DNA of 64,000 nucleotides from NCBI GenBank assembly GCA_050294405.1, contig JBNKOC010000008.1, positions 32,001 through 96,000 of the forward strand, given 5' to 3'. This document shows positions 20,101 to 29,461 of the stretch, one piece after another. Positions within the stretch are counted from its first letter, which is position 1, and every line of letters begins with the position of its first letter. Under the pieces are notes generated by a model. That model made no database searches. It saw only the letters and a list, made by a program, of their open reading frames with translations, and had not been told where the DNA came from. A program made the translations under genes and the position numbers. Source of the DNA: Fibrobacteria bacterium. Its GTDB lineage: Bacteria > Fibrobacterota > Fibrobacteria > UBA11236 > JADFYW01.

Positions 20101-20983
20101 TGTGTGCGGGGTTTTTGATGGAAGCAGCAGTGAGTTAAATTTCGGGGGCAAATTAGTGAGTTCCTTTGGAAATGCGGACATGTTTATAATGAAATACTCT
20201 CCAACAGGCACAGCGCTTTGGGCCAAAACCTTTGGGGGCGAAGAAAATGATTATGCCAACTCCTTAAGTGTGGACGACAATGGTTTGGTTTGGGTTGTAG
20301 GAGCATTTGCAAGCCCCGATGTTGATTTTGATAATATTTCCACATTAGAAGGAAATGGCAACCTGGATGCGTTTATTCTACGGTTAGAATCGAACGGCAA
20401 TGTGAACAGCGCTTTGTCCTTTGGAAATTCAGGGGATGACGAGGCCACTGATATTTCACTGAGCCCTAATAATGAAGTGTTAGTTGCCGGCATTTTTACG
20501 AATTCCGTTGTGTTACCCGGAAATCATTCTCTCAATACCTCCCAGGGGAGTGTTGGAATATTTGGATTAAGCCTTTCTCTTTCAGGGGAAGTGAACTGGA
20601 CCAATTTTGTGAGTTCAACTTCAGATTTATTGTACCCTGTAATTTCGGCAGCTGGAAATGGAATGGCCTACTTGGCTGCAACTGGTAGCGGAAATGCCAA
20701 TTTTAATGGAGACACAACACTTTCCTTAGGCTCACAAGACCTGGGTTTTGTAGCAAAAATATCTAACACTGGGAATTATTTGTGGGTAGAAACAGTTGCG
20801 GGGGCCGAAATTAATGATATTAACGGAGGCCCGAATGGAGAGGCTGTTTTTACAGGCTACTATTCTAACAGGGCTATTAATTTTGGAAACAAGAGCCTGC
20901 CGGAAGCCACAAATAGCAGCTTTATGTTTTTAACAAAGATTGGAAGTTTGGATGTTAGCCCAGGAAACCCAAATGGCCTGTGA
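17144..20983 (+). CDS. Large surface protein (possible lipoprotein): 8 chitobiase/Fn3-associated repeats plus SBBP-like beta-propeller
   Basis: Eight IxYTxxGxxP-type repeats, DSDNDGVGD Ca-binding-like motif, SPNGGE domain, DxxGNxYV.G propeller repeats. Confidence 0.8.
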   Translation: MKRIFWLIGLCILCWQCNIEFENLSQEDKAWLIDSDNDGVGDSLQFYAPDCKLTLEECLAIAKVNRDEFIIEIEKMNSYRPMFSVDSGTHNTPLSLELSTEVEGARIYYTLNGDSASKQTDQYVSPISINKTTTVTAVVYDENGEQLSTQSIYVFTIDLEGKAMPPEFAPEQGTYNVPPNITLGTLTSGAVIRYTLDGTVPTELSPGYSVPIEIDRTTTIRAKTIAPDLDPSETITREYKLEVAKPVADVDSGTHTETQYVSLSTISPMATIRYTEDGSEPDANSKQAIGPIEISSSTILKAKGFRAGWISSQTLVNNYVIQVQGRTADPVIFPFNGPFSRAVEVEITCATDGATIHYTLDGSQPTNESPVYSDKIMVNGNMLVTAIAYHPDLDESGTVQVLYSFNVKEPVITGEPGNGGQEYTIDISTTTADAEIYYTMDGSDPGITSAKYNAPLKITQSTNIRARAYKENWLPSGISTESFFITREGAVASPLITPEFARKEGSQLVSMSVGTDDAQIYYTTNGTDPTQNSTLYEGEFIVNKSMQIKAKAYADGLDPSTLSLATYYILAYAPEIEPGGGTFLEPIYVKLTSQTKGARIFYTTDGQDPDTTSALYEDSILVNTNMTLKAIAVFDGLEVSNPANETYVIQNSKVSAPVFSPLPGSFLTPQTLSLETNTQGAEILYTVDGTDPTDANASPLVYDSTSPPQISSNTQIKAVAVKDNWTSSDVVEGNFEIAEPGTATLISPNGGEKWVVGSNHNISWATSQGVDKVDLSYYSASTGNVVIASGIDNSGSYSWTVPAPAGNDFRVVVSIPSQGSDTSDANFEILALQAVNRFEWANYASSSELAEGISPVMDPQGNTLLAGRYNGSIVFPAGDADIQLNSGNNDQLFLAKFDKDGNCLWAVDAGSQYIHDISLTSQGNIIVAGYHSSTFFEGSLVPVYGGDDGFVASYSSSGQLDWVRKMGGLGDDYAYGLSTDPQGNVYVCGVFDGSSSELNFGGKLVSSFGNADMFIMKYSPTGTALWAKTFGGEENDYANSLSVDDNGLVWVVGAFASPDVDFDNISTLEGNGNLDAFILRLESNGNVNSALSFGNSGDDEATDISLSPNNEVLVAGIFTNSVVLPGNHSLNTSQGSVGIFGLSLSLSGEVNWTNFVSSTSDLLYPVISAAGNGMAYLAATGSGNANFNGDTTLSLGSQDLGFVAKISNTGNYLWVETVAGAEINDINGGPNGEAVFTGYYSNRAINFGNKSLPEATNSSFMFLTKIGSLDVSPGNPNGL

Positions 20984-21463
20984 TTATAATTGGGTGCCCA
21001 CCGCCGCCAGGACAACAAACAAAGACATTATAAGCCAGTCTGTGGTTTTGGACAAGGGTTCGTAATAACCCTCCAGGCTGCTTTTGGGAAGAAGGATTCG
21101 AATAAGTTTTCCCTCGGCATTTTCGTATACTCTGTTTTCAAGGGTAATATAATCTTTATTCAACTTTACGATTTTCCATCCGGAATTAAGCTGGAAGACT
21201 TCGCCTTGTTGAGATTGGGCTAATAACCTATCTCCAGGAGTTTTGCTGTATTTCTGATGGCCGCGAACCACATCAAATAAAATGTTCTTATTGTTCATTT
21301 TTATTTGAAATGTTTTGTTTTTAAACTTGAGCCCAATGGTTTTTCCAATATCTTTCTTATTTAATTTCTCCAAAGATCGGACAATATTCGAGGCATCATA
21401 TGCCCCATAAGTAAACGTTGCTCCCAAAAAAATGAATAGCAGCCAAAGGCGAGAGTTTCCCAT
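20984..21463 (-). CDS. Hypothetical exported protein with C-terminal TM anchor
   Basis: GGAGG SD, signal-like N-terminus, hydrophobic C-terminus. Confidence 0.65.
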   Translation of the reverse strand: MGNSRLWLLFIFLGATFTYGAYDASNIVRSLEKLNKKDIGKTIGLKFKNKTFQIKMNNKNILFDVVRGHQKYSKTPGDRLLAQSQQGEVFQLNSGWKIVKLNKDYITLENRVYENAEGKLIRILLPKSSLEGYYEPLSKTTDWLIMSLFVVLAAVGTQL

Positions 21464-21705
21464 CCCTGGACCTCCAAATGTAATCTTGAACGACTCTTTA
21501 ATTATACCCCATAAATTTGAGAGGTTTCAAATTTATTTCCGGGCCTAAGGCAGCCTTCGCCATTTAGTTGCTAAAAAAATGGCTGAATCCGCAGTTTTTT
21601 CCCACAGAAATGCCTAAATAAAATATTTTTTCAGCAAAGTCGGGGAAGATTCGGGTGGGTATTGGATTGAATTTCCTGACAACTAAAAACACAATAGGAG
21701 GAAAA

Positions 21706-22527
21706 ATGCGAGTAAAAAATTTTGCCTTAGCTGCTTTGTTGGCCGCAGGAATGTCGTACGGTGAGGAGCCCTTTTCGGCCACTTTTGATCTCACTTCGGG
21801 AAATGCTTTCACTGCAAATGGCATCACTTGGGTAGACGGCCCTGTTACCATGCCTTCTCTTTCCCTTAATTACGCTAAAGGAATCAATTCTGTGACAGCT
21901 ACTTTATGGTCTGTGGTTAATTTAAACGAAGTTAGAGGTTACGATAACCCTCAACCAGAAAAAGGCAATATTACAGAGTTTGATGTTATTTTGGACTATA
22001 CATACACTGGCCTTAAAATGATAAACCTCAGCGCTGGTTTTATCCATTACAATTTTATCCAATTAGAAGACGATTATTCGTACACCAATGATCTTTATCT
22101 GTCTGGTAGCTTTAACACTTTGCTAAATCCCAAATTAGATATTTTATTTGATTTGGATGAAGGCCAGGACAGCTATCACGGCGGTTTTCACATTGATTTG
22201 GGAATTTCACACGGAGTGCCCATTAATGATAAGCTAAGCCTGGAATCCTTTGCTTCCCTGGGGTGGGCAGATAAAGACTACTACAGAGCCTATTTCAGCA
22301 GCGGAGATCAAAATGAATCCAGCTACGGTATAAAGGATTATAAAGTTGGCATGAGTATGCCCATGAAGGTCCATGAATACCTTTCTATTTCACCAACCAT
22401 TACTTACAATGCCTTGGGAAATTCCAAAGGAGTATTGGGACAAAGTTTTGAATCCCTCCGCACTGCCGGATACGGTGGTTCAGCCGACAAACTGGTGTTT
22501 TCCTTTTCTCTTACTGCAAGCATGTAA
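21706..22527 (+). CDS. Outer-membrane beta-barrel protein (TorF-like putative porin)
   Basis: AGGAGG SD before ATG 21706; signal peptide; EFDVILDYTY and LLNPKL motifs; beta-strand pattern. Confidence 0.7.
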   Translation: MRVKNFALAALLAAGMSYGEEPFSATFDLTSGNAFTANGITWVDGPVTMPSLSLNYAKGINSVTATLWSVVNLNEVRGYDNPQPEKGNITEFDVILDYTYTGLKMINLSAGFIHYNFIQLEDDYSYTNDLYLSGSFNTLLNPKLDILFDLDEGQDSYHGGFHIDLGISHGVPINDKLSLESFASLGWADKDYYRAYFSSGDQNESSYGIKDYKVGMSMPMKVHEYLSISPTITYNALGNSKGVLGQSFESLRTAGYGGSADKLVFSFSLTASM

Positions 22528-22542
22528 TTTAATTTTGATTAG

Positions 22543-22573
22543 AAAAAAGCCCCTTGATATAAGGGGCTTTTTT
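22543..22573 (+). terminator. Bidirectional-type intrinsic terminator
   Basis: AAAAAAGCCCCTT-GATAT-AAGGGGCTTTTTT. Confidence 0.85.
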
Positions 22574-22584
22574 ATTGGAGAAAC

Positions 22585-23133
22585 ATGAGCCGAGAATCCT
22601 TATTAGAAAGCTTATCAAATTATTCCACTGAGTATCCTGCTGAAAAAGAGCGCTGTGATAGATTTATGGATTTTGTGGAGCAAAACCCCCAATGTTTTTC
22701 CCGCAGCCTTACCATTGGCCATGTAACGGCCTCCTGCTGGCTGCTGAGTCTCGATAGAAAAAAGGTTCTGCTCACTCAGCATAAAAAGCTCAACAAATGG
22801 CTTCAGTTGGGAGGGCATTGTGATGGGGAGTCCAACACAGCTTTGGCCGCCATTAAAGAAGCCAAGGAAGAGAGCGGCATTGAAAAAATTGCATTAATAA
22901 AACCTGATTTTTTTGATATAGACATACATTCCATTCCCGAAAGAAAAGGGGAGCCAGCGCATTTTCACTACGATTTGCGCTATGTTTTGGGCGTGCAAAA
23001 TAGCAATGAATACAGCCTAAGCGATGAGTCCCATAGTTTGCAGTGGGTCGCTTTTGAAGAGTTGGAGAATTACACCCAAGAAGAATCAGTACTTCGCTTA
23101 AACAGGAAGTGGATGGTGCTTAGCCCCCATTAA
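22585..23133 (+). CDS. NUDIX hydrolase
   Basis: Nudix box GGHCDGE...AIKEAKEESGI; GHVTAS; HFHYDLRY. Confidence 0.9.
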   Translation: MSRESLLESLSNYSTEYPAEKERCDRFMDFVEQNPQCFSRSLTIGHVTASCWLLSLDRKKVLLTQHKKLNKWLQLGGHCDGESNTALAAIKEAKEESGIEKIALIKPDFFDIDIHSIPERKGEPAHFHYDLRYVLGVQNSNEYSLSDESHSLQWVAFEELENYTQEESVLRLNRKWMVLSPH

Positions 23134-23168
23134 CTTTAGGCGTGCTATTTTCTTAAATTTAAGAAGGC

Positions 23169-24020
23169 TTATAGTTCTTCGATGGTTTTAATCCAGAAAT
23201 TTAAGTCCTGAATATAATTTTTGGTTGGATCTTCATCCATGAAGCTGAGGCGCTCTTTAATAAGCTCTGAACCGCTAATATCTTGTATTGCTTGTTTATA
23301 TTTAGAGATGTTTTTTTCCAGGTAGTTTTTAAAGTCCTTATTGCTTTTTACCAGTTGGCCATCTTTAAAGGCATAAACATCGTTCCAATATTGATTTATA
23401 CTTCCTAACAACATGTTGCCCTTGCTGGTATCTTCCAATTCGATAAAACTTATGATTTCATAAACGCCATCGCCGTTAATATCCCTGACTTCGGGAAAGC
23501 GAGGCCCCTTGGAAAACTGGAAGAAGGGCATGTATTTTCCATCGCCTTTTTTATAAACAGTTTGTCCGTTGTTTAACTCGTATTCGTAATTTACAATCAC
23601 CTCGGTTTTGCCATCGTTGTCGAGATCCACATAGGCCAAGCCTTTTAAGTCCAAGTTAAAAAATGGGCCCAATGTATCCAGAGCCATCAGCTTAGGGGAA
23701 GATCGAAGCAGGATGAGGTAGCCATCGCCTGGATCATCTTTCCAAATTTTGAAAACATGTATAACAAAAGTGCTGTCGTCGAACTGGATGTGGGGTATGA
23801 CTTTTCCATTGACTTTTTGGGAAGCCCCGGCCCCCATAAATTCGCCATGAAGCACAAAGCCTTTGCTTTTTATTAAGCCTAAAATTTCCTTGGTTAATTT
23901 TTTGCCGTTTAACTCAAGGCTTTTAAACTTTATGGGCTTGGGAACTGCGGTGGTGGAATCGGCGAAGCCAGAAATACCCAATGTTAGGATTGCTAATATT
24001 AAAATTTTAGCCCTGGTCAT
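23169..24020 (-). CDS. Hypothetical exported protein with FG-GAP-like Ca-binding motifs
   Basis: Signal peptide from MTRAK; DLDNDGKTE and DINGDGVYE motifs. Confidence 0.65.
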   Translation of the reverse strand: MTRAKILILAILTLGISGFADSTTAVPKPIKFKSLELNGKKLTKEILGLIKSKGFVLHGEFMGAGASQKVNGKVIPHIQFDDSTFVIHVFKIWKDDPGDGYLILLRSSPKLMALDTLGPFFNLDLKGLAYVDLDNDGKTEVIVNYEYELNNGQTVYKKGDGKYMPFFQFSKGPRFPEVRDINGDGVYEIISFIELEDTSKGNMLLGSINQYWNDVYAFKDGQLVKSNKDFKNYLEKNISKYKQAIQDISGSELIKERLSFMDEDPTKNYIQDLNFWIKTIEEL

Positions 24021-24187
24021 AACTTTCACTCCAAACAGTTTTTCCGGTAGGTGCATCTTTGTATTCTTAAGTAAAATAGTTTTTTTTTCAGGAAAAGGGA
24101 TATTTCCAAAAAATCCTCTTTTTTTCTTGTGTTATTTCCAATGGCTAGGCATTTTTGGATGGTAATGAATCCAGGTTCTAACAATTA

Positions 24188-25993
24188 ATGAATCAAATAG
24201 CCGATTTTTATTGGAGTTTTTCGGATGGTGTGTTGGCTCCCTCTCCCAGAATTTCCGATATGGAAACCAGGCCATTTGGTCCCCACGGGTTTTTGTTTAG
24301 TTACCCTTCTCAAAACCATTTCCATAGCCATATTCAAAACGATTTTAGGGCTGTACTCATAGGCAGGTTGTACCGTTATGGCCCCTATAGAGGCAACGAA
24401 AAAAACTTGCTTCCTATTGTAGCCAGAAATTGGCATCGCGGTCAATTTAATCCGGCGGACTTAAATGGGAGCTTTGTTTTATTTTTTATCGAGGATACCG
24501 CAGACGATTACCGCTTGTCTATTATTACTGACAGATTGGGCACCCACCATGCCTATTTTTCTCAGGAGGGCAACTCTCTTTGTTTGGGTACATGTTTTGC
24601 GCAGCTTGCCAGCAGCTTGTTACAGCCCCAATTGGATTGGGAGGGCATTAGCCAATTTTGTACCCTGGGTTATTTCATGGAAAACCGCAGCTATTTCCAG
24701 CAAATCAAAATTATTCCAGCTGCCACAATCTGGTCTGCTGAAATAAAAGGGGCCACTAAAGACAAGCCATACATTTGGATTAAAGAAAAAAGCTATTGGA
24801 ATTGGAAACAACAATCCCGCAGCGGGACCTTTGAAGATGCTGTGGAAGATTACAACCAGGTGTTAACGGAGGTGCTGGAAGACAGGTTTGGGCAGGATTC
24901 CGTACCTTTGGTAATGGGGGTGAGCGGAGGTTTGGATTCCCGGAATTTGCTGGGGCTATGCCGCTATTATAACGGCATTCGTTTGTATACATATGGCTAC
25001 GAAAAAGAGTCCGTGGAAATAGATATATCGCGGCAATTGGCGGATGTTTGTGATCTTCCCATTTCCGAATATGTTATTCATCCCAATCTGGGATTGGGCT
25101 ATTCCAAAGTGCTGGATTATTCCGAAGGTTTTAGCGATATAACCCAGGCCCGGCAAAGCTCTGTTTTATCCCAGTTGGCCAGAACGGCAAACAGGGGCAT
25201 AATCGGGCAATGGGGGGATGTGTGGAACGATTCTCCCGGATTAGATCCCGCTGATTTTAAATCCGATTATGATTATATCAAATACGCCGCCAATAAATAC
25301 AAAAAGAGAGGGGCAGAAAATTTATGGCCGGAATTGGAGCGCTATTGCGATGGAAAGTCCATTGAAGAGATCTTATTTGAAGGGGCCCAGAGAGAACTGG
25401 AAAAAATTCAGGTAGACGATATTAACTTTCGCCTCACGGCATATAAAACCTGGCAATGGTCCTTTCGCAATACCATTGTCGGCGCTAATATATTTAGAAT
25501 GGGTTTTGAGCCCTACCTGCCTTTTTATGACAACCGGATTGTGGATTTTTTTCAAACTCTTCCGCAAACATGGGTGAGAGACAGAAAGCTGCAGTTAGCC
25601 TGGCATGTTAAATATGCTCCAGAACTGGCCAGAGTAAAATGGCAGGAAACGGGTTGCAATTTATTTGTGAGCCGGCAACAGGCCAGGCGTTATACCTTTT
25701 TTAAAAGAGGCTTCAAATACCTACAGCGTAAGGCTGGCCTGGCTGCTGTTACCCAAAGAAATTGGGAAACCCAATTTCAAAATATGGATTTGCTAGCTGA
25801 CTTAAAAGCCAAAAACGAAAACAACCCCTACCATCAGTTTAGCGATTCCTTGCTGGAAAAGCTGGCCTTGCATGTAAAGAGCTTTCCCAGCGCAGAAAAC
25901 GGCTACGCGGCTTCTATTATGTTTTCCGTTTTATCCACTTTGCAGTGGCTGGGAACTAAAAGCCAAACACCCTTATTTTTTAGGCGCGGGTAA
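24188..25993 (+). CDS. Asparagine synthase-related protein
   Basis: LNGSFV, TDRLG, PP-loop SGGLDSR, PFYDNRIVDF; no N-terminal catalytic Cys. Confidence 0.8.
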   Translation: MNQIADFYWSFSDGVLAPSPRISDMETRPFGPHGFLFSYPSQNHFHSHIQNDFRAVLIGRLYRYGPYRGNEKNLLPIVARNWHRGQFNPADLNGSFVLFFIEDTADDYRLSIITDRLGTHHAYFSQEGNSLCLGTCFAQLASSLLQPQLDWEGISQFCTLGYFMENRSYFQQIKIIPAATIWSAEIKGATKDKPYIWIKEKSYWNWKQQSRSGTFEDAVEDYNQVLTEVLEDRFGQDSVPLVMGVSGGLDSRNLLGLCRYYNGIRLYTYGYEKESVEIDISRQLADVCDLPISEYVIHPNLGLGYSKVLDYSEGFSDITQARQSSVLSQLARTANRGIIGQWGDVWNDSPGLDPADFKSDYDYIKYAANKYKKRGAENLWPELERYCDGKSIEEILFEGAQRELEKIQVDDINFRLTAYKTWQWSFRNTIVGANIFRMGFEPYLPFYDNRIVDFFQTLPQTWVRDRKLQLAWHVKYAPELARVKWQETGCNLFVSRQQARRYTFFKRGFKYLQRKAGLAAVTQRNWETQFQNMDLLADLKAKNENNPYHQFSDSLLEKLALHVKSFPSAENGYAASIMFSVLSTLQWLGTKSQTPLFFRRG

Positions 25994-27017
25994 AATTTCC
26001 GTTTTTAGATAGCAATATGGCAAAACCCACGGTTTTATCAAAGTGGGACAATATGATTACTAAAATGGCGGTAATGGGAACACATAAGATCATTCCAATG
26101 GGCCCCCAAATGGCCCCCCAGAGCGCCAGAGAAACCAATATAGCAAGAGGGCTTAAATTTAATGTGTTTCCCAGCAATCTGGGATCTAAAATATTCCCAA
26201 TTAAAAACTGAGTCAAGCCCAATCCAAAGGCTAAAATGGCCGTTGGAGTGTAGTTGGTGAATTGCACCAGGGATAGGCTAATGGGGAATAGAGTGGCCAC
26301 GATGCTTCCAATGGTGGGAATGTAATTCAATACAAAGATCATTATGGCCCAGAATTCGGCAAAATCAAGGCCGATGCTTTTCATCCAGATATAGCTGATT
26401 ATGCCGGTAAGCGCGCTAGTAAAGGTTTTAATTCCCAAATATTTCCGAATATCGCTATCGATTCTGAGCAAAAGGTTATCCAACTCTGTTAACGAGTCGG
26501 TTTGAACCAACAGGGATTTTAATTTGGGGTGAAAACTTTTTTGTTCCAGAAAAATAAAAATCAAATAAATGAGCACCATACTCATATTGCCTGTGATATT
26601 GGTGAGGGCTAATGCGAACTGGGAAATTAAATTTCCAAGCTTTAAATTTTTTATCAAGGATTGCATGGCCGGAGGCTCCTGGATGCCAGTAAGAGCAAAG
26701 GCTTTTTCCAGAATTTGATTGATGTTATGCTGGTATTCGGGAGCCAGCTTGGCAATTTGGGCGATGTTCAGTGTGATTAAATGCACTAAAAAATAGGCTA
26801 TACCTAAAATGGAAATAACGGCGAGAATATAACTTAAGATTACCGGTGGCTTTATTTTGAGCTTGGGAGGATTCTGAAAAATATTCGCCAACACATTGAT
26901 GAGGTACCAGGCAAAAAAAGCCAGCAAAAAAGGAATGAGTAATTTTTTTCCTATGTATAAAATCCAAAATATAATGAAAATGATTGCGATGGAATAAAAA
27001 GCCTGTTGGGTTCTCAC
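25980..27017 (-). CDS. AI-2E family transporter
   Basis: Multi-TM; LNYIPTIGSI, GNILDPRLLG, WGAIWGPIGMILCVP. Confidence 0.9.
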   Translation of the reverse strand: MRTQQAFYSIAIIFIIFWILYIGKKLLIPFLLAFFAWYLINVLANIFQNPPKLKIKPPVILSYILAVISILGIAYFLVHLITLNIAQIAKLAPEYQHNINQILEKAFALTGIQEPPAMQSLIKNLKLGNLISQFALALTNITGNMSMVLIYLIFIFLEQKSFHPKLKSLLVQTDSLTELDNLLLRIDSDIRKYLGIKTFTSALTGIISYIWMKSIGLDFAEFWAIMIFVLNYIPTIGSIVATLFPISLSLVQFTNYTPTAILAFGLGLTQFLIGNILDPRLLGNTLNLSPLAILVSLALWGAIWGPIGMILCVPITAILVIILSHFDKTVGFAILLSKNGNFTRA

Positions 27018-27072
27018 TAATGCCTCCTTAGGGCATTAATTTATAAAACTTGAGGCTAATTAGATAGAAGAA

Positions 27073-28305
27073 TTAAAAGCCGGACATTAAATTGATGTGC
27101 TTGATTTTAAAGTCCAGAGCCTTTTCAATTTTTAAATCAGGCACATTCAACAAATTGGTTTCCTGCATCTCCCAAGTCTCCAAATACCTGCCATTAGGGC
27201 TGGTGAATTTGGATACCACGGGGCGGTTGATATTTTCCGGATTGGCCTGAACCACTTTGGCTAAGGTTTTATCGTTGAGTTGAACCAGGCAGCCCACCGG
27301 AAAGCGGGATACGCATTTTGCGAAATACTCAATAATTTCCGCATCTAATAAGCCCATTTCTCCCATTCCCACCACTTTTTTCATTGCTTCCGAAGGGTTA
27401 TAGGGTATGCGATAAGTTCTTTCGCTGCAAAGTGCTTCAAATACATCGCATATGGCCACAATTCTTGAATAAGGGTGGATAACTGATTTTTTTCTTCGTT
27501 TGGGATACCCCACTCCAGAGCAGCGTTCGTGGTGCTGGTAGGCTACGAAGGTCACTTGTGGCGGAATACCATCGATTTTTTCCAAAGCATATAAACCGAG
27601 AACAGGGTGCTTTTGAACTTCATATAATTCTTCGGCGCTGAGCCTTCCTCTTTTTGTGCGTATGTCGCTGGAAATCAAAGTCATTCCCACATCGGCCAGT
27701 AAGGCGGCAGAGCCCAATTCTAATATCTGTTCCTTGGAAAGGCCCATTTCAGCGCCTATGTTAATGCTTAGCATACATACTCTCATAAGGTGGTGGAACA
27801 AATAATCATTTTCATCCATAACAAAGGTGGAAAGGTTTTGCACCATAGCGCTGTCGGTGGCCAGCAAGTCCACAAAGGGTTCCACTATCCGGCTGACTGA
27901 TTTGTAAGATAGGCTTTGGCCATGGGAAAGGCGAGCGTATATTTGCATGGTCTTTTTAAAGCCCTGCTGGTAATTCTTTAATATTTCTTCTTTGTACTGG
28001 ACAGTTCTTTCGGCTTGTCCGATTTGAGTGAAGGAATTTTTAAAGGGTTCGCCACTGGGAAGTATTTGCAGCAGTTTTGAAATTTTACTTTCAGTATTTT
28101 TAACAAACTCCGCATCATTTAAAAATTGAAAGCCCTCTTCTCCTGCGGGAATTTCGCTTAAAAAATTATTTAACTGTTCTTTGCCCTGTTTGGAAACAGA
28201 AGAGCTCTTATTCTCAGAGCCGCCATCCTCCTCATCCAGGTCAAGAGAATCAAGTTCCTCAAGTTTTAAGTTGAGCAACTCTTTAATTTCATCTTCGTTT
28301 ATCAT
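27073..28305 (-). CDS. HD-GYP domain protein with HD changed to AD
   Basis: HP, HHERCSGVGYP, IVAICDVFEAL, RTYR; LLADVG at the HD position. Confidence 0.85.
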   Translation of the reverse strand: MINEDEIKELLNLKLEELDSLDLDEEDGGSENKSSSVSKQGKEQLNNFLSEIPAGEEGFQFLNDAEFVKNTESKISKLLQILPSGEPFKNSFTQIGQAERTVQYKEEILKNYQQGFKKTMQIYARLSHGQSLSYKSVSRIVEPFVDLLATDSAMVQNLSTFVMDENDYLFHHLMRVCMLSINIGAEMGLSKEQILELGSAALLADVGMTLISSDIRTKRGRLSAEELYEVQKHPVLGLYALEKIDGIPPQVTFVAYQHHERCSGVGYPKRRKKSVIHPYSRIVAICDVFEALCSERTYRIPYNPSEAMKKVVGMGEMGLLDAEIIEYFAKCVSRFPVGCLVQLNDKTLAKVVQANPENINRPVVSKFTSPNGRYLETWEMQETNLLNVPDLKIEKALDFKIKHINLMSGF

Positions 28306-28429
28306 TAAAATATGGCCTTATTCCTCAATCTGCCCCTAATTCTATTATACGGCAAAAGACTATTTTGTCGAAGAGAAAATAGGACAAAACCCCTGCAAAG
28401 GCGGTTTCAGCTTAAATTTGCAATGTGTT

Positions 28430-28445
28430 TGTGATTTAAATCACC
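28430..28445. promoter_or_regulatory. CRP/FNR-family-like operator
   Basis: TGTGA-TTTAAA-TCACC, one mismatch from TGTGA-N6-TCACA; the core GTGATTTAAATCAC is a perfect palindrome. Confidence 0.5.
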
Positions 28446-28561
28446 CTCTTAACGCAAAAATAGTGACTATTTCTTTTTATTTCCAGTGGGAAAATGGATA
28501 AAATGGGATTTGAATTCAATAAAAATTGGGAAGTTGCGAATTTTATTTGAGGTTTTTGGGT

Positions 28562-29263
28562 TCAATTAAAATTCAAACTCAATTTTCCAATATCGTATTC
28601 CTTTAAATGCCTCTGCCATCCAAATTGGCTATGCACGTAAATGTTGAGATAATCCATTTTGAATGGGGTATTTAGTTCAAAGGGGGAGGATTGAAAATCA
28701 TATTGCTTGACCACGCTGCCCCCGTCGGCCAAAATGACCAACCTTGAGCCTTTGGGAAGGGAGTCTATGCGCCCTGAAATTTTTTTGTAATCCTGCTCCA
28801 CTTCAATGACCGGATTTAAAAAATGGGTGTTGTAATCAAAAAGCCTCTCTTCTGAAAAATCCAAATCGAAATCTATGTTATGTATGTTTACTTTAAACTC
28901 GCTACGGGATTCGGCAATTTCAATCCGGGAAATAGAACCAGACACGGGATTTTTGAGGTAATTGCTCTGGGCTGGAATTAAAACGCAACGTACTGTATCG
29001 TCCACTCGAACTTCAAGTATGGCTTGGAAATTTAAATTCTGGTTAAAGCTAAAATTTAATTTGCCATTGGGAAGATCCTCGTTTTCAATAACTTCAATCA
29101 CTTTGTTTTTGTAGGCGTCGTTTTCCACAATAAAAATATTGTAGTCTCTGGAACTATCGTAGGGATGTATTTCGCCTGAAAGATGGATCTCCACGGAATC
29201 CTGTTTACAACCCGTAAAAACAAGAATTGAAATTGCAAATAATAAACGCAATATGTTCCTCAT
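28562..29263 (-). CDS. Hypothetical lipoprotein
   Basis: Lipobox-like VFTGC after a hydrophobic N-terminus. Confidence 0.7.
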   Translation of the reverse strand: MRNILRLLFAISILVFTGCKQDSVEIHLSGEIHPYDSSRDYNIFIVENDAYKNKVIEVIENEDLPNGKLNFSFNQNLNFQAILEVRVDDTVRCVLIPAQSNYLKNPVSGSISRIEIAESRSEFKVNIHNIDFDLDFSEERLFDYNTHFLNPVIEVEQDYKKISGRIDSLPKGSRLVILADGGSVVKQYDFQSSPFELNTPFKMDYLNIYVHSQFGWQRHLKEYDIGKLSLNFN

Positions 29264-29461
29264 AAGCAGTACCCTTTAAAGCTGTTAGTGAGTTCCAGAA
29301 TTCGCATTTCCTGAGTAACCTCTTTTTTATTTCGGGGCACCCAGACTCAGTTAAAAAGATATTTTAAAAAAAATTGCTTTTCAACTTGAAGGGAGCAATT
29401 GTTGGTTTTTTGTGTTCTTCGGGCTTGAGGAGTTTGGGTTTTTCGCGGTTTTTTTTGGAAG

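Noticed and set aside
24188..25993. Lasso peptide cluster around the asparagine-synthetase-like gene
   Set aside because: No precursor, RRE or transglutaminase-like peptidase was found nearby.
29305..29400. Hairpins CTGAGT...ACTCAG and AATTGCT...AGCAATT as a c-di-GMP riboswitch
   Set aside because: They lack the class I and class II consensus features; more likely terminator-like or chance pairing.
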